A DNA stretch of 64,000 nucleotides from Actinomycetota bacterium (GTDB lineage Bacteria; Actinomycetota; Actinomycetes; JBDIAW01): positions 10,824 to 74,823 of the forward strand of contig JBDIAW010000004.1 in NCBI GenBank assembly GCA_039812585.1, in the 5' to 3' direction. Position 1 is the first letter of the stretch. The number at the start of each line of letters is the position of its first letter. The notes beneath the pieces were generated by a model, which worked only from the letters and a program-made list of their open reading frames with translations, was not told where the DNA came from and made no database searches. This document shows, one piece after another, positions 1 to 10,269 of this stretch. Position numbers and translations under genes: made by a program.

Positions 1-1
1 G

Positions 2-244
2 ATTCACTGCTTTGATCCTGTCGTGGTCTCTTCTGCTGTTGGATTAGTTAAGCCTGACCCTAGGATCTTTGCGCTCACCATGCAGCAATGCGACTTAGCT
101 GCCGACACCATCCTATTTATTGACGACAGCACTACCAATGTCATGGCTGCCAAGAGGGCAGGAATGCAGGCTTTGCTGTATCAAGATTTTCCTACCTTAA
201 AAACTGACTTGATACCATTAGGGGTAGCGGAAGATAAACCTTGA
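2..244 (+). CDS. HAD-superfamily hydrolase, C-terminal part (5' end lies outside the window)
   Basis: VKPDPRIF and LFIDDSTTNV match HAD-IA motifs III/IV; frame is open from base 2. Confidence 0.8.
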   Translation: MHCFDPVVVSSAVGLVKPDPRIFALTMQQCDLAADTILFIDDSTTNVMAAKRAGMQALLYQDFPTLKTDLIPLGVAEDKP

Positions 245-396
245 AGGTGGGGCAGATACAAGCAAAACTGCCGCAAAACGCATACACCTGGAGGGTGATC
301 ATTACGGTGGGCACTGACTGCCTGCTTGATCTGTAGGAAGCACAGCAGACGTTGGGCAGTGCTGTTGTGTCAGACCCTTGCCCTAGCCTGCCCGGT

Positions 397-1797
397 ATGA
401 CAACTGCTACCGGTAAAGCGCCGGGCAAAAAAGGGCGCGCTCGGGTGGAGTTGGTGTGCTCCGAGTGTGGGTGGCGCACCCCAAAGTGGGTGGGGCGATG
501 TGGGGAATGTGGGGCGTGGAGCTGTCTGGTCGAGCAGCGCAACGACCCCTACCGAGGCAGCAGTACCGGCCTCAACCTGACCTGCTCGAGCACCCCCCTG
601 CCCATCGGGCAGGTGGACCCCTCCACCTGCGCCCATCGCACGACCGGCATCGGGGAGCTCGACCGGGTGTTGGGCGGCGGCTGGGTCCCTGGGGCGATGG
701 TGCTGCTGGCTGGGGAGCCGGGAGTCGGCAAGTCGACGCTGCTGCTGGCCGCTGCCTACCAAGCAGCCCAGACCGGCACCCGCGTGCTCTACGTCACCGG
801 GGAGGAGTCTGCGGCCCAGGTGCGCGCCCGGGCCGGACGACTGCAGGCGCTACACCCGCAGCTCTACCTGGCCGCCGAGACCGATGTGGGGGCGCTGCTA
901 GCCGCAGTGGAGCAGGTGCAGCCAGGGCTGCTGCTGGTGGACTCCGTGCAAACCATGGCTAGCTACGAGGCCGTCGGTGCCGCTGGTGGGGTGAGCCAGG
1001 TGCGCGAAGTAACCGCCGCCCTGACGTCCTATGCCAAAAACCGCGATCTGACAACGGTTTTGGTCGGTCATGTCACTAAAGACGGCAGCGTGGCCGGCCC
1101 TCGCACCCTGGAGCACATCGTCGACGTAGTGTTGCAGTTCGAGGGAGAGCGTCACAGTTGGCTGCGGACACTTCGGGCCAGCAAAAACCGTTTCGGGCCC
1201 AGCGACGAGCTGGGTTGCTTCCAGCTCACCGATCTCGGCATCGAGCAGGTGGCCGACCCCAGTGGGTTGTTTGTCTCCGGCCATCCTGAACCGGTCGCGG
1301 GCACCTGCCTGACCGTGGCCTTGGAGGGCCGGCGCCCCTTGCTGGTCGAGGTGCAGGCTCTTCTGGCCCGAACCAGCGCCCCCGCGCCACGGCGCACCAC
1401 CTCCGGGGTGGATGGCGCCCGGGTGGAGATGGTGTTGGCGGTCTTGCATCGACGTGCCCATATCAATGTCGGGGCTGCAGATGCCTACCTGGCCACGGTC
1501 GGTGGAGCCCGGGTCACTGAACCAGCAGCGGACCTGGCGTTGGCGTTGGCCGCAGCTAGCTCGGTCACCGATGCGGTGCTGCCTGCACGCCTGGTGGCGG
1601 TGGGGGAGCTCGGCCTGGCCGGGGAGGTTCGCCAGGTTCCTGGCCTGCAACGGCGGCTGATGGAGGCCTCCCGACTAGGCATGACCCGAGCCGTGGTTCC
1701 CACCGGAGCTCACTTGGCTCCCATTCGCGGTCTGCACGTAGCTGAGGTCTCTACCCTGCGCGAAGCCCTGGCGGCACTACAGAAAACCGAAGGCTGA
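397..1797 (+). CDS. radA: DNA repair protein RadA/Sms
   Basis: C4 zinc finger (CSECG..CGECG), Walker A GEPGVGKS, KNRFG motif, Lon-like C-terminus; ATG at 397 preferred. Confidence 0.97.
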   Translation: MTTATGKAPGKKGRARVELVCSECGWRTPKWVGRCGECGAWSCLVEQRNDPYRGSSTGLNLTCSSTPLPIGQVDPSTCAHRTTGIGELDRVLGGGWVPGAMVLLAGEPGVGKSTLLLAAAYQAAQTGTRVLYVTGEESAAQVRARAGRLQALHPQLYLAAETDVGALLAAVEQVQPGLLLVDSVQTMASYEAVGAAGGVSQVREVTAALTSYAKNRDLTTVLVGHVTKDGSVAGPRTLEHIVDVVLQFEGERHSWLRTLRASKNRFGPSDELGCFQLTDLGIEQVADPSGLFVSGHPEPVAGTCLTVALEGRRPLLVEVQALLARTSAPAPRRTTSGVDGARVEMVLAVLHRRAHINVGAADAYLATVGGARVTEPAADLALALAAASSVTDAVLPARLVAVGELGLAGEVRQVPGLQRRLMEASRLGMTRAVVPTGAHLAPIRGLHVAEVSTLREALAALQKTEG

Positions 1798-1932
1798 CCA
1801 CGCTAAACCCAGGCCAGGTGCGCGCCATGGGCTAGCGATCAGACCGAAGCCTTGGCCTGGCCTGGAGCTTCTGACTCCACGTGCGACCCCTCCTGCCACA
1901 TCCTGAATCAAAACTTGGCCGAGCAATAACTA

Positions 1933-3195
1933 GTGTCCATTCAGGAACACTCGCAGGGTAAAAGCGCAACCAACAGCCCTCTGGGGCCATCATGGCTCGA
2001 TAAACTGTGCCCACGGGAGCGCATAGAGATAACGCACATACAAGGGGCAGTGGCCGTGGCCGAAAAAACCGGAATCGACAAGGCGGAGAAATCCTCCACC
2101 GCGAAATCAGCGGTGTCTCACAGCCTGTCCACCGAGGAATTGTTGCGCTCCACGTTGGCAGTTCTGGCCCCTGGCACAGCACTTCGCGATGGATTGGAGC
2201 GCATTCTGCGAGGGCGCACCGGGGCGCTGATCGTTCTGGGTATTGACGATTTGGTGGAGTCCCTAGCCACGGGTGGTTTCACGGTGAACGTGGCGTTCAG
2301 CGCCACCCGACTGCGCGAGCTGGCCAAAATGGACGGCGCGATCATCGTGGACGAGACGATTAGCCGTATCCACCAGGCGGCGGTGCAGTTGGTGCCAGAC
2401 CCCTCCATCGCCACCGACGAGTCCGGCACCAGGCATCGCACTGCGGAGCGGGTCGCCAAGCAAACCGGCCGACCGGTGATCTCGGTGAGTAAGTCGATGC
2501 ACATCATCGCGGTCTATGTCAACGGCCGACGCCACGTGCTCGAGGGCACCGGCTCGCTGCTCTCGCGCGGTGGCCAAGCCTTGGCCACCCTGGAGCGGTA
2601 CAAGAAACGCCTGGATGAGGTGTCCTCCACCGTTGCGCTGCTGGAGGTGGAGGACCTGGTCACCGTGCGGGAGGTGTGCACCCTGGCCCAACGTCTGGAG
2701 ATGGTGCGCCGCATCGCCACAGAGATCGAGGGGTACCTGTTGGAGCTGGGCGAAGATGGCCGCCTGTTGGCCTTGCAGCTGGAGGAGTTGATGGCCGGGG
2801 TCGACTTTGATCGGGAGTTGATCACTCAGGATTATCTTCCGCTAGCCTGGGAGCGCGCCGGAGCCGCCGGCGACCACCTGCAGGTGATGGCGGCTTTGAG
2901 CTCCACTGACTTGTTCGATCTGCCGGCAATCGCCTCCGTCTTGGGGTTCCCCGCCGGCGAAGGCTTGGACTCCCCGGTCATCCCTCGTGGCTACCGGGTA
3001 CTGGCCCGCATCCCCCGCCTGCCGCGCCACATTGCCGACCGACTCATCGAGCACTTCGGCAATGTGCAGAAGCTACTGGCTGCTACCAGCGACGACCTGC
3101 AGACCGTGGAGGGTATCGGCGAGAGTCGAGCCCGCACCATCCGCGACGGCCTCACCCGCATCGCCGACCCCGGCTATCCCGAGCGCTACGCCTAA
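1933..3195 (+). CDS. disA: DNA integrity scanning diadenylate cyclase DisA
   Basis: DGA and RHR cyclase motifs, C-terminal HhH, follows radA; true start may be GTG at 2050 or 2056. Confidence 0.96.
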   Translation: MSIQEHSQGKSATNSPLGPSWLDKLCPRERIEITHIQGAVAVAEKTGIDKAEKSSTAKSAVSHSLSTEELLRSTLAVLAPGTALRDGLERILRGRTGALIVLGIDDLVESLATGGFTVNVAFSATRLRELAKMDGAIIVDETISRIHQAAVQLVPDPSIATDESGTRHRTAERVAKQTGRPVISVSKSMHIIAVYVNGRRHVLEGTGSLLSRGGQALATLERYKKRLDEVSSTVALLEVEDLVTVREVCTLAQRLEMVRRIATEIEGYLLELGEDGRLLALQLEELMAGVDFDRELITQDYLPLAWERAGAAGDHLQVMAALSSTDLFDLPAIASVLGFPAGEGLDSPVIPRGYRVLARIPRLPRHIADRLIEHFGNVQKLLAATSDDLQTVEGIGESRARTIRDGLTRIADPGYPERYA

Positions 3196-3206
3196 AGGGC
3201 GGTGCA

Positions 3207-3285
3207 AGCCTTAAAGGTTGACGTTTGTGCGGTTTTAGGCCGCGAAGAGGCCGCTAAAACCGCACAAACGTCAACCTTTAAGGCT
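3207..3285. repeat. Perfect 32-bp inverted repeat with 15-nt spacer
   Basis: AGCCTTAAAGGTTGACGTTTGTGCGGTTTTAG (3207-3238) is the exact reverse complement of 3254-3285. Confidence 0.95.
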
Positions 3286-3312
3286 CTTGCCACGCTCCGG
3301 CAGGCTGGGAGG

Positions 3313-4206
3313 GTGGCCTCCTCACCTGCGCGACCCTCCCCCGCCTGGTTGCACCGCACCGTGCAGGAGTGGTACACCCTCCATGCCCGAGTTCTGCCTT
3401 GGCGTGAGCCGGGGGTGGGAGCGTGGGCGGTTCTGGTCAGTGAAGTGATGCTGCAACAAACTCCGGTGGCTAGGGTGTTGCCTGTCTGGCAGCAGTGGAT
3501 GGTTCGCTGGCCGACTCCGGCCAGCCTGGCGGCGCAACCGGCCGGGGAGGCCGTGCGCGCATGGGGGCGTTTGGGCTATCCGCGCCGAGCGTTGCGCCTG
3601 CACGAGTCGGCCCGGGTGATCACCCAGCAACACGGCGGGCAGGTCCCCCGCGACGAGCAGGCGCTGCGGGCGCTACCGGGCGTGGGGGACTACACGGCGG
3701 CTGCGGTGCTCAGCTTCGCCTTTGGCCAGGCGCAGGTGGTGCTCGACACCAACGTACGCCGAGTGTGGGCCCGGGTGCTGGGCGGCGCGGCTTTCCCCTC
3801 CACAACCAGTCGCACCGCTGTGGAGGTGGAGCAGGCCCGTGCGTTGCAACCCCGTGACCCTGCGACCGCCAGCCGGTGGGCGGTGGCGGTCATGGAGTTC
3901 GGCGCCCTGGTGTGCACCGCGCGCAGCCCCGCCTGCACGGATTGCCCACTGGCTACCGTGTGCGCCTGGAGAGCCGCCGGCTACCCACCGCCGGCTACCC
4001 CTCGACGGGGGCAGGTCTACGAGGGCACCGACCGGCAGATGCGCGGTCGCATCCTGGCCGTGCTGCGCGAGGCAGCGACCCCGGTGGACGTGCAGGCACT
4101 TCTGGCGCCCTGCCCGACCGAGCAGGCTCAGTTCCACCGCTGCCTGGCCAGCCTGCTAACCGACGGCCTGGTCGTAGGCGCGCCCGGCGCCCACCAGCTG
4201 CCATAG
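3313..4206 (+). CDS. mutY: A/G-specific adenine glycosylase MutY
   Basis: VSEVMLQQT, LGYPRRA, HhH-GPD (LPGVGDYTA), 4Fe-4S motif CTARSPACTDCPLATVC; GTG at 3313 follows GGGAGG. Confidence 0.93.
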   Translation: MASSPARPSPAWLHRTVQEWYTLHARVLPWREPGVGAWAVLVSEVMLQQTPVARVLPVWQQWMVRWPTPASLAAQPAGEAVRAWGRLGYPRRALRLHESARVITQQHGGQVPRDEQALRALPGVGDYTAAAVLSFAFGQAQVVLDTNVRRVWARVLGGAAFPSTTSRTAVEVEQARALQPRDPATASRWAVAVMEFGALVCTARSPACTDCPLATVCAWRAAGYPPPATPRRGQVYEGTDRQMRGRILAVLREAATPVDVQALLAPCPTEQAQFHRCLASLLTDGLVVGAPGAHQLP

Positions 4207-4373
4207 GCAGGAGCCTCCCAGGGGGTCAAACCGCCCGTCGAGGCGACCTGAGCCCGCCTCTGGCTACCTCTGAGCGCTAGGCCTAGGGGTGGAATTAGTC
4301 GGAGCGATGGCGCCTTGCAGAGTTGACTACCTTGCATTGTGGCTGACATAGCCGGCCCCCAAGCCATAGCATC

Positions 4374-5639
4374 ATGGGGGTGATGAACAGAAACCGGCAG
4401 AGGATCCAGCCACGGTGGCTGGTCTGCGTCGTTGTTTGCACAGCATGGGCAGCTTTCGGGCTGGTCGGGTGCGCTAAGCCTTCCAGCGTCACCACCACCC
4501 AGGTCACCTGCCCCAACGGCCAAACAGTGCAGACCAACGGGTCCTGCAGTCCCACCGAGGCACCGGTCACGTTTCCGCCAACCCCCACCATCCCGCCGCT
4601 GGCCACCACCTCAACCATGAGCAGCACCACTACCTCGAGGACCACCCCTGCGCCCGTGCCGGGCACCCGTACCGGACCGCTGCCTAGACCAGGGCCGGGC
4701 ACCAGTGACCGCCCACGTCCCCTCTTTTCTCGGGACTCGTTCTGGTATGCCGATGTCAGAAAAGCCCCCCTAGCAGCTAACTCAGCCGCCATCGTGAAGA
4801 ACATCAAATACCAAACTGAGCATTTTTACGCCACGGCAAACCGACCGAACCTGGCCATTAATATCACTGAATACACTCCGCCATTTTATTACGTTGACGC
4901 TGATACTCCTCGGTACAATGTGAAGCATTACGACTGCTTCAAGCAGGGTTGGGTGCCCGATGGCTGGGAAACGCAAATGAACAATGTTCCTATACCGACC
5001 TGGGCACTTCCTTCCAAAGGCAGCGATAAAGAGATCGGGATTTATGATAAGTCCACCGATACTCTGTGGGAGCTTTGGCTCTTTGATAAACGCAATGGTT
5101 CCTATAGTGCCTGCTGGGGAGGCAAGATTTCGCCAGTTTCTCACAATGTGGGTGCTTTTACGTATCCGTGGGGATGTACCGCGACCGGGCTGAGCCTGTT
5201 TGGCGGAACCATCATGGCTGATGAACTAAAAGCGGGAGTTATCAACCATGCCATAGGACTGGCCCTTCCCAATGCTCAGCATGGTTCGTTGAGTTGGCCT
5301 GCGATGCGCGGCGATGGTTACAACCCCAGTGATGACCCCACAGCCCCACGACAAGGGCAGCGCTTCCGTCTCGACCCAACGGTTGATTTATCGACGATGA
5401 AACTCAATCCGATCACGAGAATACTTGCTGAAACTGCCCAGAAATACGGGTTTGTCCTGTGGGATACTTCCGGAGCGGTCAGTTTACGGGCCGAAAACGC
5501 TATCGGTCTCACCTCGCTGGGTCAGCCTAATCCCTATCCCAGTATTTTCGGCCCAATTCCCCAGTACGAACAGCTGGCCGATTTCCCGTGGAGTTTGCTG
5601 CAAGCTATCCAGGTGGATTGGGGTAAACCCGCACGTTAA
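4374..5639 (+). CDS. Lipoprotein with Pro/Thr linker and uncharacterised C-terminal domain
   Basis: Signal peptide with lipobox LVGC, P/T-rich linker, ~290-aa Trp/Gly/Pro-rich globular domain. Confidence 0.75.
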   Translation: MGVMNRNRQRIQPRWLVCVVVCTAWAAFGLVGCAKPSSVTTTQVTCPNGQTVQTNGSCSPTEAPVTFPPTPTIPPLATTSTMSSTTTSRTTPAPVPGTRTGPLPRPGPGTSDRPRPLFSRDSFWYADVRKAPLAANSAAIVKNIKYQTEHFYATANRPNLAINITEYTPPFYYVDADTPRYNVKHYDCFKQGWVPDGWETQMNNVPIPTWALPSKGSDKEIGIYDKSTDTLWELWLFDKRNGSYSACWGGKISPVSHNVGAFTYPWGCTATGLSLFGGTIMADELKAGVINHAIGLALPNAQHGSLSWPAMRGDGYNPSDDPTAPRQGQRFRLDPTVDLSTMKLNPITRILAETAQKYGFVLWDTSGAVSLRAENAIGLTSLGQPNPYPSIFGPIPQYEQLADFPWSLLQAIQVDWGKPAR

Positions 5640-5742
5640 GAAACAGGGAAAGCGGTGAGGGTGACAACGCGACACGAAGTTGATCGTCACGCAGGCCTGA
5701 CGCTACCTCCATGGCTTGCCTTAGACAGGTCACAATGGTTGT

Positions 5743-6111
5743 ATGCAACCCTGCCTGGTCTTTGACGGTGATTGCACAAGGTGTACCCGCCTGGCCGGGT
5801 TCGTGGTGGAGCATCTGCGCACCCACCCCGAGGATTACACGGTGGTGGCTTGGCAGCAGGCCGACCTGGGCGCCCTGGGCGTGAGCCCCCAGCAGTGCCA
5901 TGACGCCCTACAGTGGGTGGAGTTCCCCGGTCGCGCCCACAGCGCAGCGCAGGCTGTGGCCCGGCTGTTGAGCGCCAGCCGGTGGTGGGCGCGGCCTGCG
6001 GGTTGGGCGCTGCGAGCCCCCGGCATCCGCGCCGTAGCCGCAGTGACCTACCGGCGGGTGGCCCGCCAACGAAGGTGCGGGGCCGGCGGGTGCGCCGTGA
6101 AACCCGGCTAG
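5743..6111 (+). CDS. DCC1/DUF393-family thiol-disulfide oxidoreductase
   Basis: N-terminal FDGDCTRC (DxxCxxC); YRRVA near the C-terminus. Confidence 0.85.
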   Translation: MQPCLVFDGDCTRCTRLAGFVVEHLRTHPEDYTVVAWQQADLGALGVSPQQCHDALQWVEFPGRAHSAAQAVARLLSASRWWARPAGWALRAPGIRAVAAVTYRRVARQRRCGAGGCAVKPG

Positions 6112-6677
6112 TTGCCTCCGTTTTTTGCCATCCCCAGCGGTTGGGAACCCGCGACCAGCAACCAGTCTTGGTGCTCGGTGATGAAGCGGTGGACCGGGGA
6201 GTCCGGCGGGTAGCGGCGCAGGATTTCGGCCAAGCGCTGCTGCACGCTGACCTGCTGCCCGGTGGGAGAGGTGGTCAGGTCTGCCCAAGTCAGCAGGGAC
6301 AGCAACCGCTGCGCCAGTGCGGGGTCGTGGAGCGCGGCGAAGGGGGCGAAGACACCAGGGTCTAGGCCACGGGCCTGTGCCTCCATCGGTGCGGCGGTGT
6401 GGAAGGCGACCAGGTGACACACCAGCGGGTCGACTCCCAACGCTGCCAGTGCGGCCGCCCCGTCGAGGGGGTGGAAGCCCAACACCCTGTCCTCGCCGAT
6501 CACCTCGCCCACCCAGTCGGTGGCATACCCACAGTCGTGCAGCCGACCCGCCAGCCGGGCCACCTCCACGTGGTCAGGCGCATGGTGGAGCGCCACCTGC
6601 TCCACGCGGGCACCCACCGCCACGCAATGCGCCCGCCGGGAGGGCTCCAACCGCCCCAACACCGCCTCCACGTCCAT
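6108..6677 (-). CDS. HD-domain metal-dependent phosphohydrolase
   Basis: RRAH...LHDCGY...GFHPLDGA...VAFH...WADLTTSPTG pattern. Confidence 0.85.
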   Translation of the reverse strand: MDVEAVLGRLEPSRRAHCVAVGARVEQVALHHAPDHVEVARLAGRLHDCGYATDWVGEVIGEDRVLGFHPLDGAAALAALGVDPLVCHLVAFHTAAPMEAQARGLDPGVFAPFAALHDPALAQRLLSLLTWADLTTSPTGQQVSVQQRLAEILRRYPPDSPVHRFITEHQDWLLVAGSQPLGMAKNGGN

Positions 6678-6962
6678 ACCGCGCCACGCTAGCGGCCAGA
6701 CCGACCCAACCTCTACGGCCCCAAAGCCCCAATCTGCCCATCGTCACCCCATCAGGGCGGCGGTGGGCCATCGCTGCCTCCCCTCTTGAGGCAAAACCCC
6801 AGGTCAGAGGCGCTCCCCGAGGGATTGCAACGGTGTGAGCGCGCAGATTGCCATCGATCTATGCCTTGAACTGCGCGTTGGCTCTCAATGGGTCATGCAA
6901 AGGCGGAGAATGGAGGTCGCCTCAGCCCCAGGGGCAGTCACAACCCATCCAGGAGACTTGGG

Positions 6963-9476
6963 TTACGCCCCGGCTCCAGCGTCACCAACGAGCTCGGGAG
7001 AGTCGGGGACGCCGGCCTTGGCCGAGCCGGTAAAGGTGAACTTCTCGCCTTCACCCTCGCTGTCGCTTTCGGTGTCGATGAGCACGATCTGGCCGGGGCG
7101 GAGCTCCCCGAACAGGATCTTCTCCGACAAGGTGTCCTCGATGTCGCGCTGGATGGTGCGGCGAAGCGGCCGGGCCCCCAGCACCGGGTCGTAGCCGCGT
7201 TTGGCCAGCAGAGACTTGGCAGCTGGGGTCAGCTCGATGCCCATGTCCTTGTCATGCAGGCGCTTATCCAGGTTGTTGATCATCAGGTCGACGATCTGGA
7301 TAATCTCCTTCTCGAACAGCTGGTGGAACACCACAATGTCATCGACACGGTTGAGGAACTCCGGGCGGAAGTGCTTCTTCAGCTCGTCCTGCACCTTGGC
7401 CTTCATCCGCTCGTAACTGGTGGTGGTGTCGCCGCTGTCGGCGAAGCCCAGGTTGAGCCCCTTGGAGATGTCGCGGGTGCCCAGGTTGGTGGTCATGATG
7501 ATCACCGTGTTCTTGAAGTCGACCACCCGGCCCTGAGAGTCGGTCAGGCGCCCGTCCTCCAAAATCTGCAGCAGGGAGTTGAAGATGTCCTGATGGGCCT
7601 TCTCCACCTCGTCGAACAACACCACGGAGAAGGGCTTGCGGCGCACCTTTTCGGTCAGCTGCCCGCCCTCCTCGTAGCCGACATAGCCGGGCGGGGAGCC
7701 GAACAGCCGCGAGGCGGTGTGCTTCTCGCCGAACTCGGACATGTCCAGGGTGATCAGGCTGTCCTCGTCACCGAATAGAAACTCGGCTAGCGCCTTGGAA
7801 AGCTCCGTCTTGCCCACCCCGGAAGGGCCGGCGAAGATGAACGACCCACCAGGGCGGCGTGGATCCTTCAACCCCGCGCGGGTGCGCCGGATTGCCTGAG
7901 ACAGGGCCTTAACGGCCTGCTCCTGGCCGATGATGCGCTTGTGGAGTTCATCCTCCATGCGCAGCAGGCGGGCAGACTCCTCCTCGGTCAGCTTGAACAC
8001 GGGGATGCCCGTGGCCGTGGCCAACACCTCGGCGATCAGCTCTTCATCCACCTCGGCGACCACATCCATATCGCCGGTCTTCCACTCCTGCTCGCGGGTG
8101 GACTTCTCCCCCAGCAGGGTCTTCTCCTTGTCGCGCAGGGAGGCGGCCTTCTCGAAATCCTGCGCGTCGATGGCGGACTCCTTCTCCCGCCGCACGTCTG
8201 CGATGCGCTCGTCGAACTCCCGCAGGTCCGGAGGGGCGGTCATACGCCGAATCCGCATCCGGGAGCCCGCCTCGTCGATGAGGTCGATGGCTTTGTCGGG
8301 CAGGAAGCGGTCGGAAACGTAGCGATCGGCCAACGTAGCCGCCGCTACCAGAGCCGCATCGGAGATCGAAACCCGGTGGTGGGCTTCGTAACGGTCGCGC
8401 AGACCCTTGAGGATCTCAATGGTGTGGGCCAACGTGGGCTCCTGCACCTGAATCGGCTGGAAACGCCGTTCCAGCGCTGCGTCCTTCTCCAGGTATTTGC
8501 GGTACTCATCCAGCGTGGTCGCACCGATGGTTTGCAACTCCCCTCGGGCCAACATTGGCTTGAGGATCGAGGCGGCGTCGATAGCCCCCTCCGCAGCCCC
8601 CGCGCCCACCAGGGTGTGCAGCTCATCGATAAACAAGATGATGTCCCCACGGGTGCGAATCTCTTTGAGGACCTTCTTCAGTCGCTCCTCAAAGTCACCG
8701 CGGTAGCGCGACCCGGCCACCAACGCGCCCAGGTCAAGGGTGTAGAGCTGCTTGTCTTTCAGGGTTTCAGGCACCTCGCCGCGCACGATGGCCTGCGACA
8801 GCCCCTCGACCACAGCGGTCTTGCCCACGCCAGGCTCGCCGATCAGCACCGGGTTGTTCTTGGTGCGCCGAGAAAGCACCTGCATGACCCGTTCGATTTC
8901 CTTCTCCCGCCCGATCACCGGGTCTAGCTTGCCTTCGCGGGCGGCCTGGGTGAGGTTGCGCCCGAACTGGTCGAGCACCAGGGAGGTGGAGGGCGCGGTC
9001 TCTGCCGGCCCGCCTGCCGTCACTGCCTCCTTGCCTTGGGAGTACCCCGAGAGCAATTGGATCACCTGCTGGCGCACCCGGTTGAGGTCAGCGCCCAGCT
9101 TGACCAGCACTTGCGCGGCCACCCCTTCGCCCTCGCGGATCAGCCCAAGCAGGATGTGCTCCGTACCGATGTAGTTGTGGCCCAGTTGTAGTGCCTCGCG
9201 CAGGGAAAGCTCCAGGACCTTCTTCGCGCGCGGAGTGAATGGGATGTGCCCGCTAGGAGCCTGCTGACCCTGGCCGATGATCTCCTCCACTTGGGCCCGC
9301 ACCGCCTCCAAGGAGATCCCCAAGCTCTCCAGCGCCTTAGCGGCCACTCCCTCGCCCTCGTGGATCAGCCCAAGCAGGATGTGCTCCGTACCGATGTAGT
9401 TGTGGTTGAGCATCCGGGCCTCTTCCTGGGCCAGGACCACCACCCGCCGAGCGCGGTCGGTAAACCGTTCGAACAT
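6963..9476 (-). CDS. clpC: ATP-dependent Clp protease ATPase ClpC1
   Basis: [20 protein letters not shown] start, two Clp-N repeats, two AAA+ modules ([16 protein letters not shown]), UVR coiled coil. Confidence 0.99.
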   Translation of the reverse strand: MFERFTDRARRVVVLAQEEARMLNHNYIGTEHILLGLIHEGEGVAAKALESLGISLEAVRAQVEEIIGQGQQAPSGHIPFTPRAKKVLELSLREALQLGHNYIGTEHILLGLIREGEGVAAQVLVKLGADLNRVRQQVIQLLSGYSQGKEAVTAGGPAETAPSTSLVLDQFGRNLTQAAREGKLDPVIGREKEIERVMQVLSRRTKNNPVLIGEPGVGKTAVVEGLSQAIVRGEVPETLKDKQLYTLDLGALVAGSRYRGDFEERLKKVLKEIRTRGDIILFIDELHTLVGAGAAEGAIDAASILKPMLARGELQTIGATTLDEYRKYLEKDAALERRFQPIQVQEPTLAHTIEILKGLRDRYEAHHRVSISDAALVAAATLADRYVSDRFLPDKAIDLIDEAGSRMRIRRMTAPPDLREFDERIADVRREKESAIDAQDFEKAASLRDKEKTLLGEKSTREQEWKTGDMDVVAEVDEELIAEVLATATGIPVFKLTEEESARLLRMEDELHKRIIGQEQAVKALSQAIRRTRAGLKDPRRPGGSFIFAGPSGVGKTELSKALAEFLFGDEDSLITLDMSEFGEKHTASRLFGSPPGYVGYEEGGQLTEKVRRKPFSVVLFDEVEKAHQDIFNSLLQILEDGRLTDSQGRVVDFKNTVIIMTTNLGTRDISKGLNLGFADSGDTTTSYERMKAKVQDELKKHFRPEFLNRVDDIVVFHQLFEKEIIQIVDLMINNLDKRLHDKDMGIELTPAAKSLLAKRGYDPVLGARPLRRTIQRDIEDTLSEKILFGELRPGQIVLIDTESDSEGEGEKFTFTGSAKAGVPDSPELVGDAGAGA

Positions 9477-9619
9477 CGTTTCAGCTCCTCATTGTCGTCA
9501 CCGCTGGCGGGCTAGGCACCTGCTGCAACCTCTGCGCGAACCCCTGTGGGGCATGCTAGCCGCCTCCGCTGACAGATCTGCAGGCCTGCTGGCAGTCCTG
9601 TCGGGATTGCGACCTTCTT

Positions 9620-9646
9620 CAACCCCCTTCCACGGGGTGGCATTCC
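9620..9646 (-). promoter_or_regulatory. SigR/SigH-type promoter of clpC
   Basis: Minus strand reads GGAAT-N18-GTTG, about 145 nt upstream of the clpC start. Confidence 0.75.
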
Positions 9647-9737
9647 CCATTCTCCCTACGCCTTCCTCCCCTGCAGGTCGCCCCTGGACGGTTGAATCTG
9701 AGGAATAACCCCCATCGACCTGCAGCAATCAACGATC

Positions 9738-9785
9738 AAAAAAGGCGCCTTCCACCCGACAAACCACGGGTGAAGGCGCCTTTTT
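9738..9785 (-). terminator. Intrinsic terminator after lsr2 (possibly bidirectional)
   Basis: AAAAAAGGCGCCTTC-CACCCG...CGGGTG-AAGGCGCCTTTTT stem with a U-tract on both strands. Confidence 0.85.
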
Positions 9786-9819
9786 GAACTATCCACCAAG
9801 GATAGCTGGAAGGCACGAA

Positions 9820-10158
9820 TTAGTTGTTAGCTGCTTCGAAAGCCTCAAGGACTGGGGAAGGAATACGCCCACGCTCGCTGACAGCATGACCGTTATTCTT
9901 GGCCCATTCCCGGATTTCAGCAGTGCGACCGGAAGTAGCCGATGAAGAAGACCGCGACCCACGACCACGACCACGACCACGCCCGCCCGCCTTACGTGCT
10001 TTATCGAGGTAACGTCCCAAGCTTTCACGTAAACCCCGTGCATTATCTGCATTGAGATCAATCTCGTAGGAAACGCCGTCAAGTGCAAAGCTGACTGTTT
10101 CTTCAGCCGGCCCACCCTGCAGGTCGTCTTCCAAAAGGACCTGAACTTTTTGTGCCAC
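9820..10158 (-). CDS. lsr2: Nucleoid-associated protein Lsr2
   Basis: [33 protein letters not shown]. Confidence 0.98.
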   Translation of the reverse strand: MAQKVQVLLEDDLQGGPAEETVSFALDGVSYEIDLNADNARGLRESLGRYLDKARKAGGRGRGRGRGSRSSSSATSGRTAEIREWAKNNGHAVSERGRIPSPVLEAFEAANN

Positions 10159-10269
10159 AGATATCTCCTTAATTGTGCGTCATGCCGTGTGACTGAGCTT
10201 AGGGGGTAGGAACCTGGATTTCAAACATCTACCCAGAGATAATTTTCAAGAAATGACAAAAAATCTTCA

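Noticed and set aside
3190-3290. Integron attC or CRISPR interpretation of the palindrome
   Set aside because: No RYYYAAC/GTTRRRY boxes, no array of repeats, and no intI or cas genes
3202-3312. N-terminal extension of MutY
   Set aside because: It is the translated palindrome; a GTG with an RBS exists at 3313
6800-6812. CAGGTCAGAGGCG shared with 48756-48768
   Set aside because: A 13-mer match is expected by chance at this scale, and the ECF -35 element is absent at 6800
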